From Octopus vulgaris (lineage: Eukaryota), in NCBI GenBank assembly GCA_951406725.2, contig OX597835.1, positions 38,564,001 through 38,628,000 on the forward strand: a stretch of DNA of 64,000 nucleotides, in the 5' to 3' direction. This document shows positions 26,685 to 42,182 of this stretch, one piece after another; the first letter of the stretch is position 1; each line of letters opens with the position of its first letter. The translations under genes were made by a program, and so were the position numbers. Under the pieces are notes generated by a model that saw only the letters and a list, made by a program, of their open reading frames with translations, was not told where the DNA came from and searched no databases.

Positions 26685-27075
26685 GTGGCTGTGTGATAAG
26701 AACCTTGCTACCCAACCGAATGGTTCCGGGTTCAAACCCACTGCGTGGCACCTTGGGCAAGTATTTTCTACTGTAGCGTTGAGCCGACCAAAGGCTTGTG
26801 AGTGGATTTGGTAGACGGAAACTGAAAGAAGCCCCTCGTGAAGATATATATATTTATGTGCGTTTGCTTTTGTGTCTGTGTTTGCCCCCCCCCCCCCCAG
26901 CATCGCCTGACAACCGATGTTGGTGTGTTTATGTCCCCGAAAATTACCCTTTCGGCAAAGCAGACCGATAGAATAAATACAAAGCTTACAAAGAATAAAT
27001 CCTGGGGTCGATTTCTTCGACTAAGGGCGGTGCCCCAGCATGGTCGCTGTCAAATAACTGAAACGTATAAAAAAG
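26685..27075 (+). mobile_element. SINE A
   Basis: Family A consensus. Confidence 0.9.
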
Positions 27076-27147
27076 AATATATTTATCCGTCCATCCATCC
27101 ATCCAAACATACATACATAATACATACATACATACATACATACATAT

Positions 27148-27555
27148 GATATAATGATTTGGGATAGAGCAGAGAAACTGTGTAGAGTTGTGGAAATCAG
27201 GTTCTCAGTGGATGTTAACATAAAGCAGAAGTTCAGTGAAAGAGAGAATACCCACGCTGAACTGTTGAGAAATCTGCAGTTACTCTATCCAGATTACAAG
27301 TTGTGGTTTATACCTGTAATTATTGAGGCCCTGGGATATATAACACAATGCCTAAATACCAATCTTGAGAAATTAAGCTTCTCAAAACCAGAAAAGAGAA
27401 AGCTGATTCGAAGACTACGGATCTAATCCAACACTGGAACTGTAAAAATCTGTAAAACTTACCAGATATATGAGCATGTTTAGATATGCAACTACATGTA
27501 TGAGAGTACATACATAAAACAAAACATACAAATCTGTATATATACATACATACAT
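27148..27555 (+). mobile_element. R4-like LINE 3' fragment (restriction-like endonuclease), (CATA)n-flanked
   Basis: DIMIWDRAEKLCRVVEI...DVNI...FIPVIIEALG...TGTVKICKT; CATA repeats on both sides. Confidence 0.85.
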
Positions 27556-27557
27556 GA

Positions 27558-27720
27558 AAGCCGTCCATTCGTAACCGAGGAAGACCATTGCTGACCTTCA
27601 GGGAGATTGTGCGCTCTAAGACTAACATATATTTTGTATTTGCGGCTCCGTTGGTGGCTAATGAGTCCTGCTCTTGACAAGATAGCGTACATGACTGAAC
27701 AACAGAAAGTAAGAGCTTTC
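27558..27720 (-). mobile_element. Probable RTE LINE 3' end
   Basis: LSRAGLISHQRS resembles the terminal zinc-finger of RTE ORFs, followed by a short UTR. Confidence 0.5.
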
Positions 27721-28061
27721 TCTCACCGGCCAGATACCTTCATAAAATTTTACGTGTACCACTAGAAAAAATGGAGTGGGATGTTCTGTTCTCAGGTAAA
27801 TTTGATGGCTAATGTAGGTCCATTTTGGCATAGCTAAAATGGACCTACTATGAAACTGAGTCGATTGTAGGCCGAGGACTAGAGCTGACAGAGGTCCCAT
27901 GCCTGTGATATCAGAGGTACTCGGGAACTAAGGAGTTCTTTGTTTTCTCCATCCCGCTAATACTAGGGCTCATAAGATTGGTTACCTGGCTTCCATGGTG
28001 TACAAGTGGTAGAGATCACTACATTACGCTGACGGGGACGTCGATTCGTTCAAAGCTAACA

Positions 28062-28246
28062 ATTTTGAGGGATGGGCACAAGTCGATTGCATCGACCCCG
28101 GTACTTGACTGGTACTTTGTTATATCGACCCTGAAAGGATCACAGACCAAGCTGACCTCGGCTTGGAATTGAACACAGAACGTAAAAATGTCGGAAGGTA
28201 TAGAGCTGGTCCTTTTGTCCAAGGTGCTAACAATTGTGCTAGCTCC
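28062..28246 (-). mobile_element. Degenerate SINE B
   Basis: AGTCGATTGCATCGACCCC...CTGGTACTT...ATCGACCCTGAAAGGAT. Confidence 0.7.
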
Positions 28247-28447
28247 ATACCTTCGACGGACTTTCCACTAGGTCCTAGATACGAGCTCTCTATTGGGACG
28301 TAAAATGCTTTCATTTCTATACCCCTTGTATTTTTAGTTAGCTTCTTTCTTCCATCCCACACATTTAGAAGCAGAAACCTGAGTCATTGTTTATGTATTC
28401 CTGTCCGCTGCTGTGTTTCTGCCGCTACTCAAATGGAAAAATAAAAG

Positions 28448-28535
28448 AATCATCATCATCATCATCATCATCATTATTAATATTATCATTATCATTATCA
28501 TTATTATTATCATTATCATTATTATTATCATTCTT

Positions 28536-28627
<92 letters not shown>

Positions 28628-28930
28628 CGTCGTTCTTATCGTTGCTGTTATTCTTCTTGATGTTGTTGTTGTTGTTCCTTTTGTGGCTATTGTTGTTGTA
28701 AACGTTGCTATTGCATTTCGGTATTACCTTTCACAGCTTTAGGACATTTGTAATAGAAATTCTTGCCTTCGGGAACGATTAAAAGAAGAAAAAAAACACT
28801 TTCTTTTTACTTTATTTCAATTCTCTAAATAATGTATTATCACTTGTAGATATGTAGTTGCTCATAGGAAGATCGTTCCTGGCTGCTGCTGCTGCTGCTG
28901 CTGCTGCTACTGCTACTACCACTACCACTA

Positions 28931-28986
<56 letters not shown>

Positions 28987-29011
28987 GCTGCTACTACTAC
29001 TGCTGCTGCTG

Positions 29012-29058
<47 letters not shown>

Positions 29059-29090
29059 GCTACTACTACTACTACCACCACTACCATAGT
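28448..29090. repeat. Trinucleotide repeat blocks (CAT, CTT, ATT, GCT, ACT)
   Basis: Directly visible. Confidence 0.95.
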
Positions 29091-29266
29091 TGGTAAGACG
29101 GTGTTGCTGTAGTTATATTAACAATAATAATAATTCCGATGATAACAGCAAGCAGTTCACAAAATTAATGTGTATGTATGAAAATATAGATGTATAGATC
29201 AATATGTATAGAAACACGCACACGCACACACACACACACATATATATACGTGTATATATATATATA

Positions 29267-29578
29267 CTAGCAGTATTGCCTGGCTCAACGGGGATTTCAG
29301 GGGAGAGTTTCAGGGAGTCGCTGGCGATGTATCGTGATGATAAAAAATCCGGCCAGCTAAAATTTGGTTAAAGTGATTCAAACTGCAGACTCAACGCAAA
29401 ATGGTCACATTTAATTCAAAGCGTTAAAAATGTTATGAAAACAATTGGTATGTGTTCACAAAGTCCAAACGATTAATACGAAAAACTCCTCCAGGCTACA
29501 TCCCGAAAATTCATTTCTTTCACAGACACACACACAGATACACACACAGACACACAAGTTGAGTTTTATATATATAGA
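29267..29578 (-). mobile_element. Non-autonomous Helitron
   Basis: The minus strand begins TCTATATATATAAAA after a host A and ends ...GGCAATACTGCTAG before a host T (A|TC...CTAG|T). Imperfect GC-rich subterminal hairpin; no TSD. Confidence 0.75.
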
Positions 29579-29923
29579 TATATGTATACGTATATGTATA
29601 TATTCGTACATATATTGATGTATGCGTACCATTTCTCCGTTTTCTTTTCGTCCCTGTTTTCGTATACATTCGCTTGCTTTCTTCAAAAAAAATCTAGTGT
29701 TCTTGGCTTAGATATTCTTGGGGCCGGCCAGATTCGAGCAGTCTCAACTGTAACCTGCCGAAACTGCAAGGACGCTCTGGAACTCGACTGACGAAAGAAA
29801 GCTTCGAATGACCCTCCTTGTTTTTTCCTGTCCTTTTTTGTATCGTCTAACTGTCCGGATGATTTGTTGCCGCCTGTTACGTTCTTGTTCCATTTTTTGT
29901 TGTTTATATATATATATGTGTGA

Positions 29924-29969
<46 letters not shown>

Positions 29970-30142
29970 CTTTGTTGATTCACGAGAAGCGATAAAATAC
30001 TGAACTCAGAATATTCTTTTACACATTATACCTAAAAGTCTCTTAATTCCTGTACTCTGAATAATGCACGGATTACCATTAAACTGGTAATCCGTGCTTG
30101 CTATTTGCATATGAATGTGTGTGGGGGGGATGGGGAATGTAT

Positions 30143-30460
30143 GTTCGGCAAAACAGACCGATAGAATAAGTACTAGGCTTACAAAGAATACGTCCTAAAG
30201 TCGATTTGTTCGACTAAAGGCGGTGCTCCAGCATGGCCGCTGTCAAATGGCTCAAACAAGTAAACGAATATATATATATATATGTATATATATACAAGAT
30301 AGGCTCCTTTCAGTTTCCGTCTAACAAATCGACTCACGAAGCTTTGCTCAGCCCGAGGCTATAGTAGAAGATACTTACCCAAGGTGCCCCACAGTGGGAC
30401 TGAACCGGGAACCATGTGGGCGGTAAGCAAGCTTCTTGTCACACAACCACGCCTGTGCCC
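30143..30460. mobile_element. SINE A 3' half (+, 30143-30270) joined through (TA)n to a SINE A 5' half (-, 30293-30460)
   Basis: Family A homology in opposite orientations. Confidence 0.85.
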
Positions 30461-31013
30461 ATATATAGAAAATCGTTATTGATGTTCGGTTATATTATTT
30501 CTTTAATAAGGATAACTATTCCTTCGCTACTACTACTACTACTACTACTACTACTATAACTACTACCATCACCACCACCAATACCACCACTACCAAAATT
30601 AATATTTCTACTACAAACAACAACAATACTAATAATAATAATAATTCCATATATTTGCCACCAGGGCAATAATGTCGATATTTAAATACAGGAAAATTTC
30701 AAGACAAAAAAAAAACAAAAGAAAAAAATGAAAGAGATATTTCCATTTATAATGAAGAGCAGATGAAATATTTATGTGTGAAATGTAGAAAGTTGATCAT
30801 ATGTAAGATATTGCTCATTACGTTAAATAATTGAAGCCCGGAGCTTAAAATCCTCCGGTACATTGCTATAGGCAAGTAAACTGTTAGAGAATTACAGAAA
30901 AATCTATATTGAATCAAAAGTACGAATTATTAAATACCGAATATATATATGTGTGTGTGTGTGAGGGGTGTTCTCTATCTCACTCTCTCTCTCTTTCTCT
31001 CTCTTTCTCTCTC

Positions 31014-31147
<134 letters not shown>

Positions 31148-31299
31148 GGAGCATAATCGGTGAGGTGGGAAGGTGTTGAGTGTGAGTGACAAGAGAGATG
31201 AGATTGATACCCGATACGATATGCATTTAAAGAACGGTAAATGGTGATAAAAGGCATGGAATAGAACACAGATATACGCATAGATGTTTGCTCATGTAG

Positions 31300-31431
<132 letters not shown>

Positions 31432-31505
31432 GATATGCATGTATGTATGTTTGTATGCATGTATGTATGTATGTATGTATGTATGTATGTATGTATGTAT
31501 GTATG

Positions 31506-31892
31506 GGCGCAGGAGTGGCTGTTGCGTAAGCAGCTTGCTTACCAACCACATGGCTCCGGGTTCCGTCCCACTGCGTGGCAACATGTACAAGTGTCTTCTA
31601 CTATAGCCTTGGGCCGACCAATACCTTGTGAGTGGATTTGGTAGATGGAAACTGAAAGAAGCCTGTCGAATATATATATGTGTGTGTGTGTGTATATATG
31701 TTTGTGCGTCTGTGTTTGTCCCTGACATCGCTTCACACACGATGGTGGTGTGTTTACGTCTCCGTAACCTAGAAACCGATTGCATAAGTACTAGGCTTAC
31801 CAATATTTAAGTCCTGCAGTCGATATGCTCGAGTAATGGTGGTGCTCCAGTAAGGTCGCAGTCAAATGACTGAAACAAGTAAACGAATAAAT
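31506..31892 (+). mobile_element. SINE A (followed by a second head fragment at 31906-31970 and a SINE D tail fragment)
   Basis: Family A consensus. Confidence 0.9.
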
Positions 31893-32035
31893 GTATATAT
31901 ATATTGGCGCAGGAGTGGCTGAGTGGTAAGTAGCTTGCTTACCAACCACATGGTTCCGACTTAATTCCACGAGCAAGCTATTCCGTTGATCGGATCAACT
32001 GGAACCCATGTCGTCGTAACAGACATAATGCAACG

Positions 32036-32410
<375 letters not shown>

Positions 32411-34060
32411 CATATAGAGATGAGATTGATACCCGACACGATATGCATTTAAAGAACGGTAAATGGTGATAAAATGCATGGAATAGAACACAGATATACG
32501 CATAGGTGTTTGCTCATGTAGATAGATATACACATAAATACATACATATAGCGCATTTGTATCAGGGGTGACAAAAGAACGTTTGTTGTCCGTATAAAAT
32601 CGGATTTTGAATGGTACTTCCGTTGCTCCGATATATATTTTAGACTATGTTTATTTCTCCTTTAACCATGTATACTCCCAACTTTGCCAGACACCAATCC
32701 AATGCGCAATTCATAGCAGCATTATAACTTCTGATATGACAAACAAAGTTTGTATCAAACATAAACCTATTCTGAAATCAGTCGCTACATAACATTTCAG
32801 TATATTTATGTCGGAGCTGAAAATTGCATTTTACTAAACTAAAGAATTCCTTGGATTTTTTAATCTTTACTTCTAGATTACATTACGGGTTGTACCACAG
32901 AATGTTTCTTTTGATATTTCAAGCCATTCTTATTCCTATTCTAACGTTGTGTGCTCTCGGTGTTTTTGTATTTTTTATGTATCTAATCATATCGAAGAAC
33001 CCCCTAGTTCAGAGTACTTCATTGCAATACCCGACTACCCCATAAAAGCATCTTCATTGGAAGATATCGAAGATAACCATTTACTAACACTGTCCACCAA
33101 GTTCCTCAAGATACAAAGAAGATTAACGGATTACCTATGTATGGACACTCATCTTGCATTCAATTTTTAGTATCGTCTGAAACCATTATTATCTATTCTC
33201 AGAGGGATATATATTCTACATTCATCAAGAAAAAATTTCCCGAAATATATTCACTTTTCTGAATCTGTGTATCGTTATCAAGAAACAAGAATGATTATTT
33301 TACACGCGTAATCAAATTAATACCCAACTTGCAATCAGTGATTAATTTCGTAAATTCTAGATTTAAATGAATAATGTTCTGGTTATTGAAGTATAAATGT
33401 CAACTACATCGAATTGTGGGAATTTACACTTATGCTTCTTTTTCTTTATATCACGAAACCTTTCTAGTGCTTCTAAAGGGTTCCTCCAAAACCGTAACGA
33501 AGAGACCACTTTTGCTTTGAAAACGATGTTTTCTTTTTCTAATGTTCTCTTATTAATTATTTCTAACTTTGCGATTCCTTATGGAATTAATCTACGCTTA
33601 GGATTAGTCTCAATGTCTGATGTATGGTTTTAAGCGATGTAAAAAAAGTATAGCTGGGTGGAGAATGGGGAAGAATAGTCATTACACTCTGTCATCTGCC
33701 TTTAATATCGCTGCTTCTACATAAACAAAGATATAACGTTTCGTTTCTAGTCTTCTTACGCGTATATTGCTTGATAAAAATTTTTTTATAGGTGCTACAA
33801 GTATGTGTGAGAGAGAGGGTGTGTATATAAGTATGCACATACAGAGAGAGAGAGAGAGTGATTGAAAGAGAGTGAGAAAAAGATACACAACACGACTTAA
33901 ATGTATTTAAACATAAAAGACCGCCCTGCGGACTAAATAAGAATAGACACATTCGTTCTATTCTATAGAAATCTCTCTGTTTGTGTGTGCGTGTGTGTGT
34001 GTGTGTGCGTATATATATGTATGTATATATAAATATGTATACACACATACCTATCTACCC

Positions 34061-34152
<92 letters not shown>

Positions 34153-34558
34153 GTATGTATATACATATATATTATATATGTGTGTGTATGTGTGTATGTA
34201 TGTGTTGCATATATTCTGTATTCACTTATATACACTCAAAAACATGAGCATCTATATGCATTCACATATACACGCCCACATACATATTACATGATGGTAA
34301 CTAACATGCTGCTTTCAGGAGAATGTGTTTAGAATGGCCGGATATATATTTCTTATAATGCCAACGGAATATATAAGTATGAGCTGTATATCTGCAGGCA
34401 AGATATGTCTGTAGTTTGCAGAACTGGAATTTAAGTTTGGCACTAGGTCTACTTTTTGAAACAGTTCAAACGTGTGTGCAACTTTAAGGTAGAGGTCAAT
34501 GGTAACTGTACTAGCTTACGTATAATGAACCTACAACAATTACTACTACTGCTACTAT

Positions 34559-34611
<53 letters not shown>

Positions 34612-34744
34612 TTACTACTACAACAGCTGCTACTGCTGCTGCTACTACTACTACTACTGCTAACGTTTCTGCCAGCTCGCCGCCTTAATACCGCTTTCGA
34701 AACTCCTCGATGATGTACAATATGGCTATAAAATATTTGATAAA

Positions 34745-35435
34745 AATATAAATCATCTGTTTTTGACATGGATGATTTAAGGCTCCTTGTAAAAAATTAC
34801 CAACAACTATAGGGCTTACTAGCAATAGTTAAACAATTCAGTGAGACATCAGGATCCAATTTGGTCTGGATAAATGAGCAAAAGCTACCTTTATCAAAAG
34901 AAAAATGGTAGAAACTTCCAACGGTAATCTTGACCAACAGAATGCCATAAGGGAGTTAGAACCAACGGAGAGCGTCAAATACCAAGATGTATTTGAAGGA
35001 GATAGAATCAAACATTTAATGATAAGGGAAAGGATCAGAAGAGAATGTTATCGCAGAGTAAGAGCAATACTCAAGACAGAGCTGAATGCAAGGAACGTGA
35101 TCGAAGCGATCAATACTTTAGCCATACCGGTCGTAACTGGTCAATTACTGTAATATGTAATCTTGACAGAAAAATACGAAAATTGTTGCACAACTACCTG
35201 CCAAGAAAAGAGGGTGGCCGTGGATTTTTACAACTGGAATTAACAATGAAGATTGCTACAATTGGCCCAAACACCTATCTGAAAAACTTTGCTTACTGGA
35301 TGTTAAAACTTATCTTAAAGCACGAAAAATGAAAAGTTTCATACTCAGTAACAAAACAGGCAAAGAAATATCTGAGTGAATTCCAAATACAACAAATCCC
35401 AGAAATAGGCATACTGGAAACAAGCACAGAGAAAG
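34745..35435 (+). mobile_element. R4/Dong-clade LINE RT remnant
   Basis: INHLF..MDDL, FGLDK, ECYRRVRAILKTELNARNVIEAINTLAIPVV and YLPRKEGGRGF motifs, with stops and frameshifts. Confidence 0.85.
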
Positions 35436-35442
35436 CTATCTA

Positions 35443-35487
<45 letters not shown>

Positions 35488-35532
35488 ATGTATGTATGTA
35501 TGTATGTATGTATGTATGGATGGATGTATGCT

Positions 35533-35680
35533 ATTACCGGTAAAGGTTTTAGTTGCCAATTCTGTACAAGACATTGTAGATCTTTAGCTAGGCTAAAAAG
35601 TCACATTCGATCACAGCACCTGTAACAGTTAAGCTTCGTGCAACGGCCATACTCGATAACGAGGGGGCAGCCATAATAAT
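35533..35680 (+). mobile_element. RTE-type LINE extreme 3' end
   Basis: GFSCQFCTRHCRSLARLKSHIRSQHL* (terminal C2H2-like finger), short UTR, (ATA)n tail. Confidence 0.65.
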
Positions 35681-36309
35681 GTATGTATGTATGTATGTAT
35701 GTATGTATGTATGTACGTATGCATGTATGTATGTATGCATGTATGTATGTATGTATGTATGTATGCATGTATATATGTATGTATGTATGTATGCATGTAT
35801 GCATGTATGTATGTATGTATGTATGTATGTATGTATGTATTATACATATATGTTTATATATAATATATATTTATATACACCCACACGCATATATACATAT
35901 CCACATGCATACACACACACATAAACATATGCATACACACACTCGTACAAATATTCATGCGCGTACACGCATCCGCACAAGCCTATGTATGCATACACAT
36001 ATCTGCACGGGAATAAAAGATTGTAATCAACCACAATAAAGACAATATAATCTAAAGAAATAAAGCATGAAGCTTTAACGATCTGGTTGACTCAGAACAC
36101 TCTACGCCACCGCTTTCACATAGTTAATCCCCAAATTATGTTCACGTGCATCCGAAAGCAAGCACCATTAAGCATTTTTTTGAGGTATTTGAAACTGAAA
36201 AAGACCAACATCTCAGCAGTATTAGATTTCAAATTTTCTAGAATTTATTATTTTAAATTTTACTGGTAATCTATTTTTCGAATGTTCGTCTTTTTTTTTT
36301 TTCTTGTTG

Positions 36310-36630
36310 TTATTTGTTTCAATCATTTGATTGCTGAGGCGCCACCTTGAGGAATTTTAGTCGAGCGAATCGTTCCCGTTCTCTCTTTTTGCCGAGCCGC
36401 TGAGTTACGGGGACGTGATCACACCAATTGTACTTGTCAAGCTGTGGTGTAGGACACGCACCAAAATAAACACACACACGCCACAAATTTCTTTCAGTGT
36501 CCGTCTCTCATTTCCACTCACAAGTCTTTGGTCAGCCTGTAGCTATATAATAGAAGACATTTGCCCAAGGTGCCATGCAGTGGGCCTGAACCCGAAAGCA
36601 AACCTCTTACCCCATAGCCACACCTGTGTC
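36310..36630 (-). mobile_element. Degenerate SINE A
   Basis: TTTTGCCGAGCCGCTGAGTTACGGGGACGT...TGCCCAAGGTGCCATGCAGTGGG. Confidence 0.75.
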
Positions 36631-36900
36631 TATATGTTGTTCATATTGTATATTCAACTGCGGCATAAAAGCTTTTACTGGACGGCCCATGCCCCTAGAA
36701 ATGCGGAATTTTCCTATTAACTATTTGACATTTGAAGAAATGTCGTTTAGTTCATTTTTGCTGCTTTCATTTTCTTCTTTATTCTCCTAAAGAGGAATTA
36801 TATTGTCGTTTGGAAGAGATTCTTACTTGGCACCTATTTTACATTATTTTATGCTGAGTTCTTTTCCTCCGATTTTTCTCAGACTCCTTCATGTTTTCAC

Positions 36901-37207
36901 CTTGTTGTTTGTTCCTTCTCGAGCCATACCTGGCTCATAAGGGCCGGTTTCCCGGTTTCCTTGGCGTATAGGTTCCCCACCTGGACGGGACGCCGGTCCG
37001 TCTCAGGTGAGCTGCAAGATACAGGAGGAAAGAGTGAGAGAAAGTTGTGGTGAAAGAATCAGCAGAAGTTTCGCCATTACCTTCTGCCGGAGCCGCATGG
37101 AGCTTAGGTGTTTCGCTCATAAACACACACATCGCTCGGTCTGAGATTCGAACCCGCGATCCCTCGACCGTGAGTCCGCTGCTCTAACCACTAGGCCATG
37201 TGCCTCC
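36901..37207 (-). mobile_element. SINE C-related element with a different 3' tail
   Basis: Head and body match family C (GGAGGCACATGGCCTAGTGGTTAGAGCAGCGGACTC; GAAACACCTAAGCTCC). The 3' ~110 bp are unrelated to the family C tail. TSD-like CTT(C/T)ATGTTTTC. Confidence 0.85.
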
Positions 37208-38017
37208 TTTATGTTTTCCCCGGGCGTTTGTGGATTTTCATCTCCATTTATTTCTTTTACATCACATGATCATAGTCTGGTATTACATATTTGCACTGCT
37301 CGGGGACGAGGTGTTTGCTAATCTATTTGTGATACTGGACCTAAAGGTATTTTCTTATCAACCACTATAGTGTCGACTGGAGGTGCCCTGGAAAAACGAG
37401 ATTGTTCTTTTTGATGTTACAGTTGATCTTCATTATTTTTGTTATAACGTAAGACGAATAGTAATATTGTCCTCAGATAATAACTTTATACATGAACAAA
37501 GAAAACATTGCAACAATTCCAAACCCAAGTGTAAAATGGCGAACTGTAACTTCAATTGTTCACGATGCAAAATGAGCAGTCCTGTACCACAGTAAGTGCG
37601 CTAAGGCGAAAAGAGTAAATCTACTACAATGAGTCGATGTATATCTAACGTCATTTGGTAAGAGTCTATAAAATATTCCCTCGGACGAATCGATATAAGC
37701 TTAAACAATAAACGATGTGGGGGTGAAAACCACCACAGTGTTTTGTATTGAAACAACTGCCGTTGTCTCAATTTTCCTCCTCTCCCCACCTGTTTTTTAT
37801 GCCTTTCTTTAATCTTGATCTTCGGAGCGTTCAGCTCAAACGTAAGCTTTACTCTGATAAATATCATAACTAGGTATTCTTGCGGTATCTATTACTGGGC
37901 ACAGTTCTCGTATGGCTCAGTGGCCTTCGTGGGTCATCGCGATTCGGAAGCCCACTCTGACGTTCTCTGAGCTTTACATACTTTCACTACTTTACCATAC
38001 TCTCTCTCTCTTTTCTC

Positions 38018-38412
38018 TCTTTTACTTGTTTCAGTCATTTGACTGCGGCCATGCTGGAGCACCGCCTTTAATCGAGCAACTCGACCCCGGGACTTATTCT
38101 TTTGTAAGCCCAGTACTTATTCTATCGGTCTCTTTTGCCGAACCGCTAAGTGACGGGGACGTAAACACACCAGCATCGGTTGTCAAGCAATGCTAGGGGG
38201 ACAAACACAGACACACAAACATATATATATATATATATATACATATATACGACGGACCTCTTTCAGTTCCCGTCTACCAAATCCACTCACAAGGCATTGG
38301 TCAGCCCGGGGCTATAGTAGAAGACACTTGCCCAAGGTGCCACGCAGTGGGACTGAACCCGGAACCGTGTGATCGGTAAACAAGCTACTTACCACACAGC
38401 CACTCCTGCGCC
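38018..38412 (-). mobile_element. SINE A, full length
   Basis: Family A consensus. Confidence 0.92.
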
Positions 38413-39076
38413 TATATAATGTGACACGATAGCAACTACAAACCACGGGTCTACATTGTGTTCAATTTCCTTTACTTTTCTTCGACCCAAGTGACGGCAC
38501 ACAAATGAATAGTCAGAATTATATCTGACAGTATCAGTCGGTGTCTTGGCTGAGTTTTCAGTTTTACTGATGCAGCTAGCATCACGAATTTTACTTCTTC
38601 AATAGAGATAATTTTTATCCCGATATATCTTAAATAGCTTATTGTGCTACTTGGCGTGAGAGGAAATATAAATCCACGTCCATCTTTTCGTAAGAAGAGA
38701 TATGTAATTTTTCTTTTTGTCCCCGCTAGAATTATCCGTGGTGGGTGTTACAAACTTCTCCCATCTACATAAAGTTCTGCTTTCACATATTTCCTTTTAA
38801 ATTGCTTAGCAGTCTACTATACAGTAAAATATCTTTGAATACAGTATCATACTTTAATCAACTATTTTGGAAAGTTTTTAATGCCTTTAATGTCATTTTG
38901 CTTTTGTTCTTTTACCGGAAGTCAAGGACGTTTTTTTTTTATCGGAAGTGGAAGACATTTTGAAAATGTACGGCTTTTAGCAAAAGATTGTCATCTCTTC
39001 AAATGTATATATTTTCCACCTCTAATACAGAAGCTATGCATATGTATGTAGTGTTTATGTTTGTGTTAGTGATAGT

Positions 39077-39144
<68 letters not shown>

Positions 39145-39327
39145 GTGTGCTAGTTACTCTCATAACCCACGTCATGCAAGCTTTCTGTGTCTACGTTTTG
39201 ATGTTTTTATTGCAGTTATTGTAATTTCCTTTCGAGCAATATCTTCCTGTTTTGCATCAGATCGACCCACATCGAGTTGTCTTTTAATCAAAGCCATTCC
39301 AGCTAAACAAAACCAGCCAATGTTCAT

Positions 39328-40160
<833 letters not shown>

Positions 40161-40201
40161 TCTTTCTCTTTCATATGAAGATGACCGAATTAAGGTCTAT
40201 T

Positions 40202-40987
40202 TCTTATTTCTTTACTACCCACAAGGGGCTACACGCAGAGGGGACAAACACGGGCAGACAAAGGAATTAAGTCAATTACATCGAATCCAGTGCTCAACCG
40301 GTATTTATTTAATCGACTCCGAGAGGATGAAAGGCAAAATCGACCTCGGCGGAATTTGAACTCAGAACGTAACCGCAGGCGAAATACCCATTTCTTTACT
40401 ACCCCCAAGGGTCTAAACACAGAGGGGACAAACAAGGACAGACAAACGGATTAAATCGATAATATCGAACCCAGTGCGTAACTTGTACTTTATTTATCGA
40501 CCCCGAAAGGATGAAAGGCAAAGTCGACCTCGGCGGAATTTGAACTCAGAACGTAGCGGCAGACGAAATACCTGTTTATCTATTACCCACAAGGGGCTAA
40601 ATATAGAGGGGACAAACAAGGACAGACAAACGGATTAAGTCAATTACATCGACCCCAGTGCGAAACTGGTACTTTATTTATCGACCCCGAAAGAATGAAA
40701 AGCAAAGTCGACCTCGGCGGAATTTGAACTCAGAACGTAGCGGCAGACGTAATACCTGTTTATCTATTACCCACAAGGGGCTAAATATAGAGGGGACAAA
40801 CAAGGACAGACAAACGGATTAAGTCAATTACATCGACCCCAGTGCGAAACTGGTACTTTATTTATCGACCCCGAAAGAATGGAAAGCAAAGTCGACCTCG
40901 GCGGAATTTGAACTCAGAACGTAGCGGCAGACGAAATACCGCAAAGCATTTTGCATGGCGTGCTAACGTTTCTTCCAGCTCGCCGCC
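40202..40987 (-). mobile_element. Tetrameric SINE B (one head plus four 184-bp body-tail units)
   Basis: G(A/T)AATACC junction at 40381, 40565, 40749 and 40933. A single TSD TTAAGGTCTATT at 40190-40201 and 40988-40999. Confidence 0.92.
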
Positions 40988-41653
40988 TTAAGGTCTATTA
41001 CTAGCAGGTCATGCAACCATTTAGAGAATCAGTCAGTTATTTGCCTAACAAAAAACAAAAAGAAAGTATATATGGGACACTTTAGGAATATATTTGTGCC
41101 ATCTTTGCTGATGTTGATTGATAGGCGGCTGGCGTGTTTGGTGTAACACGTGGCCGGCTTGCTGGCTTGCTGACTTGCTGGCTTGCTGGAAAGCTGGCTG
41201 TCAAACGACCGTTAAGAATTTGTCAGTTTAAATGGAACTGGACTACACGGTGCCCTTGTGTAGCGACCGACTGGAACTCCAGCCACAGAGATTTCTTTCA
41301 GTGTCTTCGAGAAAGTGCGTGGGTGTTTGACCTATATAATGCATGTATGCATGTATGCATGAGAATAGATGCGCATAATGCGTTGTGCGTATGCGGATGG
41401 GAAATGTAGATGAGTGTGTGTGCGTGTGTGTATGTGTGTGTGTGTGTGCGTGGGTGTGTGTTATAAGTGGTTTCCGCACGTGCTGTGTTAAAATGTTGCT
41501 AAGTAAATTGGTCTGAGAGAGTTTGACCTTTTAGTGATATTCTAATCAAAGAAGTCGACCAAAATTCACAATTCTTTGTATTCCAAAAAAAAAAACAAAA
41601 AAAATATTCAGGATTTATATTGCTGAATGTATGTATGTATGTATGTATGTATG

Positions 41654-41694
<41 letters not shown>

Positions 41695-41925
41695 GTGTGT
41701 GTGTGTGAGTGTATGTATGTATGTATGTATGTATGTATGTATGTGTGTGTGTGTGTGTGTTTGTGTTATATCTTTTTAAAAGATTATTCTTTTATTGGTT
41801 TCAGTTATTAGATTGGGGCCATGCTGTAGCAACCCCTTCTCATCCATTTCTACTTGTCAAATCTTTAATGTACCAAGCGTTAACAGACACACATACATAA
41901 ACACATCACACGCACACATAGTATT

Positions 41926-41981
<56 letters not shown>

Positions 41982-42182
41982 ACACACATACTCTATATTA
42001 CATTCATCTTGACATAGAAATCTTAGACATTTTAAACCTATCCTATTCCAGCCGCCACAAGAAGAGAATCAGAAGAGAATAGACAAGGAGAAGAAGCTCT
42101 TTAATCCGTTATTGGACGGAAGCACTACTTATCAACCCCACTACCCCTGGAACGATGAAAAACAACGTTGAACTCGGTAAGA

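Noticed and set aside
37477-37591. Plus-strand exon candidate ending in GTAAGT (similar weak candidates at 10393-10494 and 51228-51372)
   Set aside because: Weak acceptor or donor signals, no recognisable peptide and no consistent exon chain.
40202-40987. Regularly spaced repeats suggestive of a CRISPR array
   Set aside because: Whole 184-bp units repeat with no unique spacers, there are no cas genes, and the context is eukaryotic.
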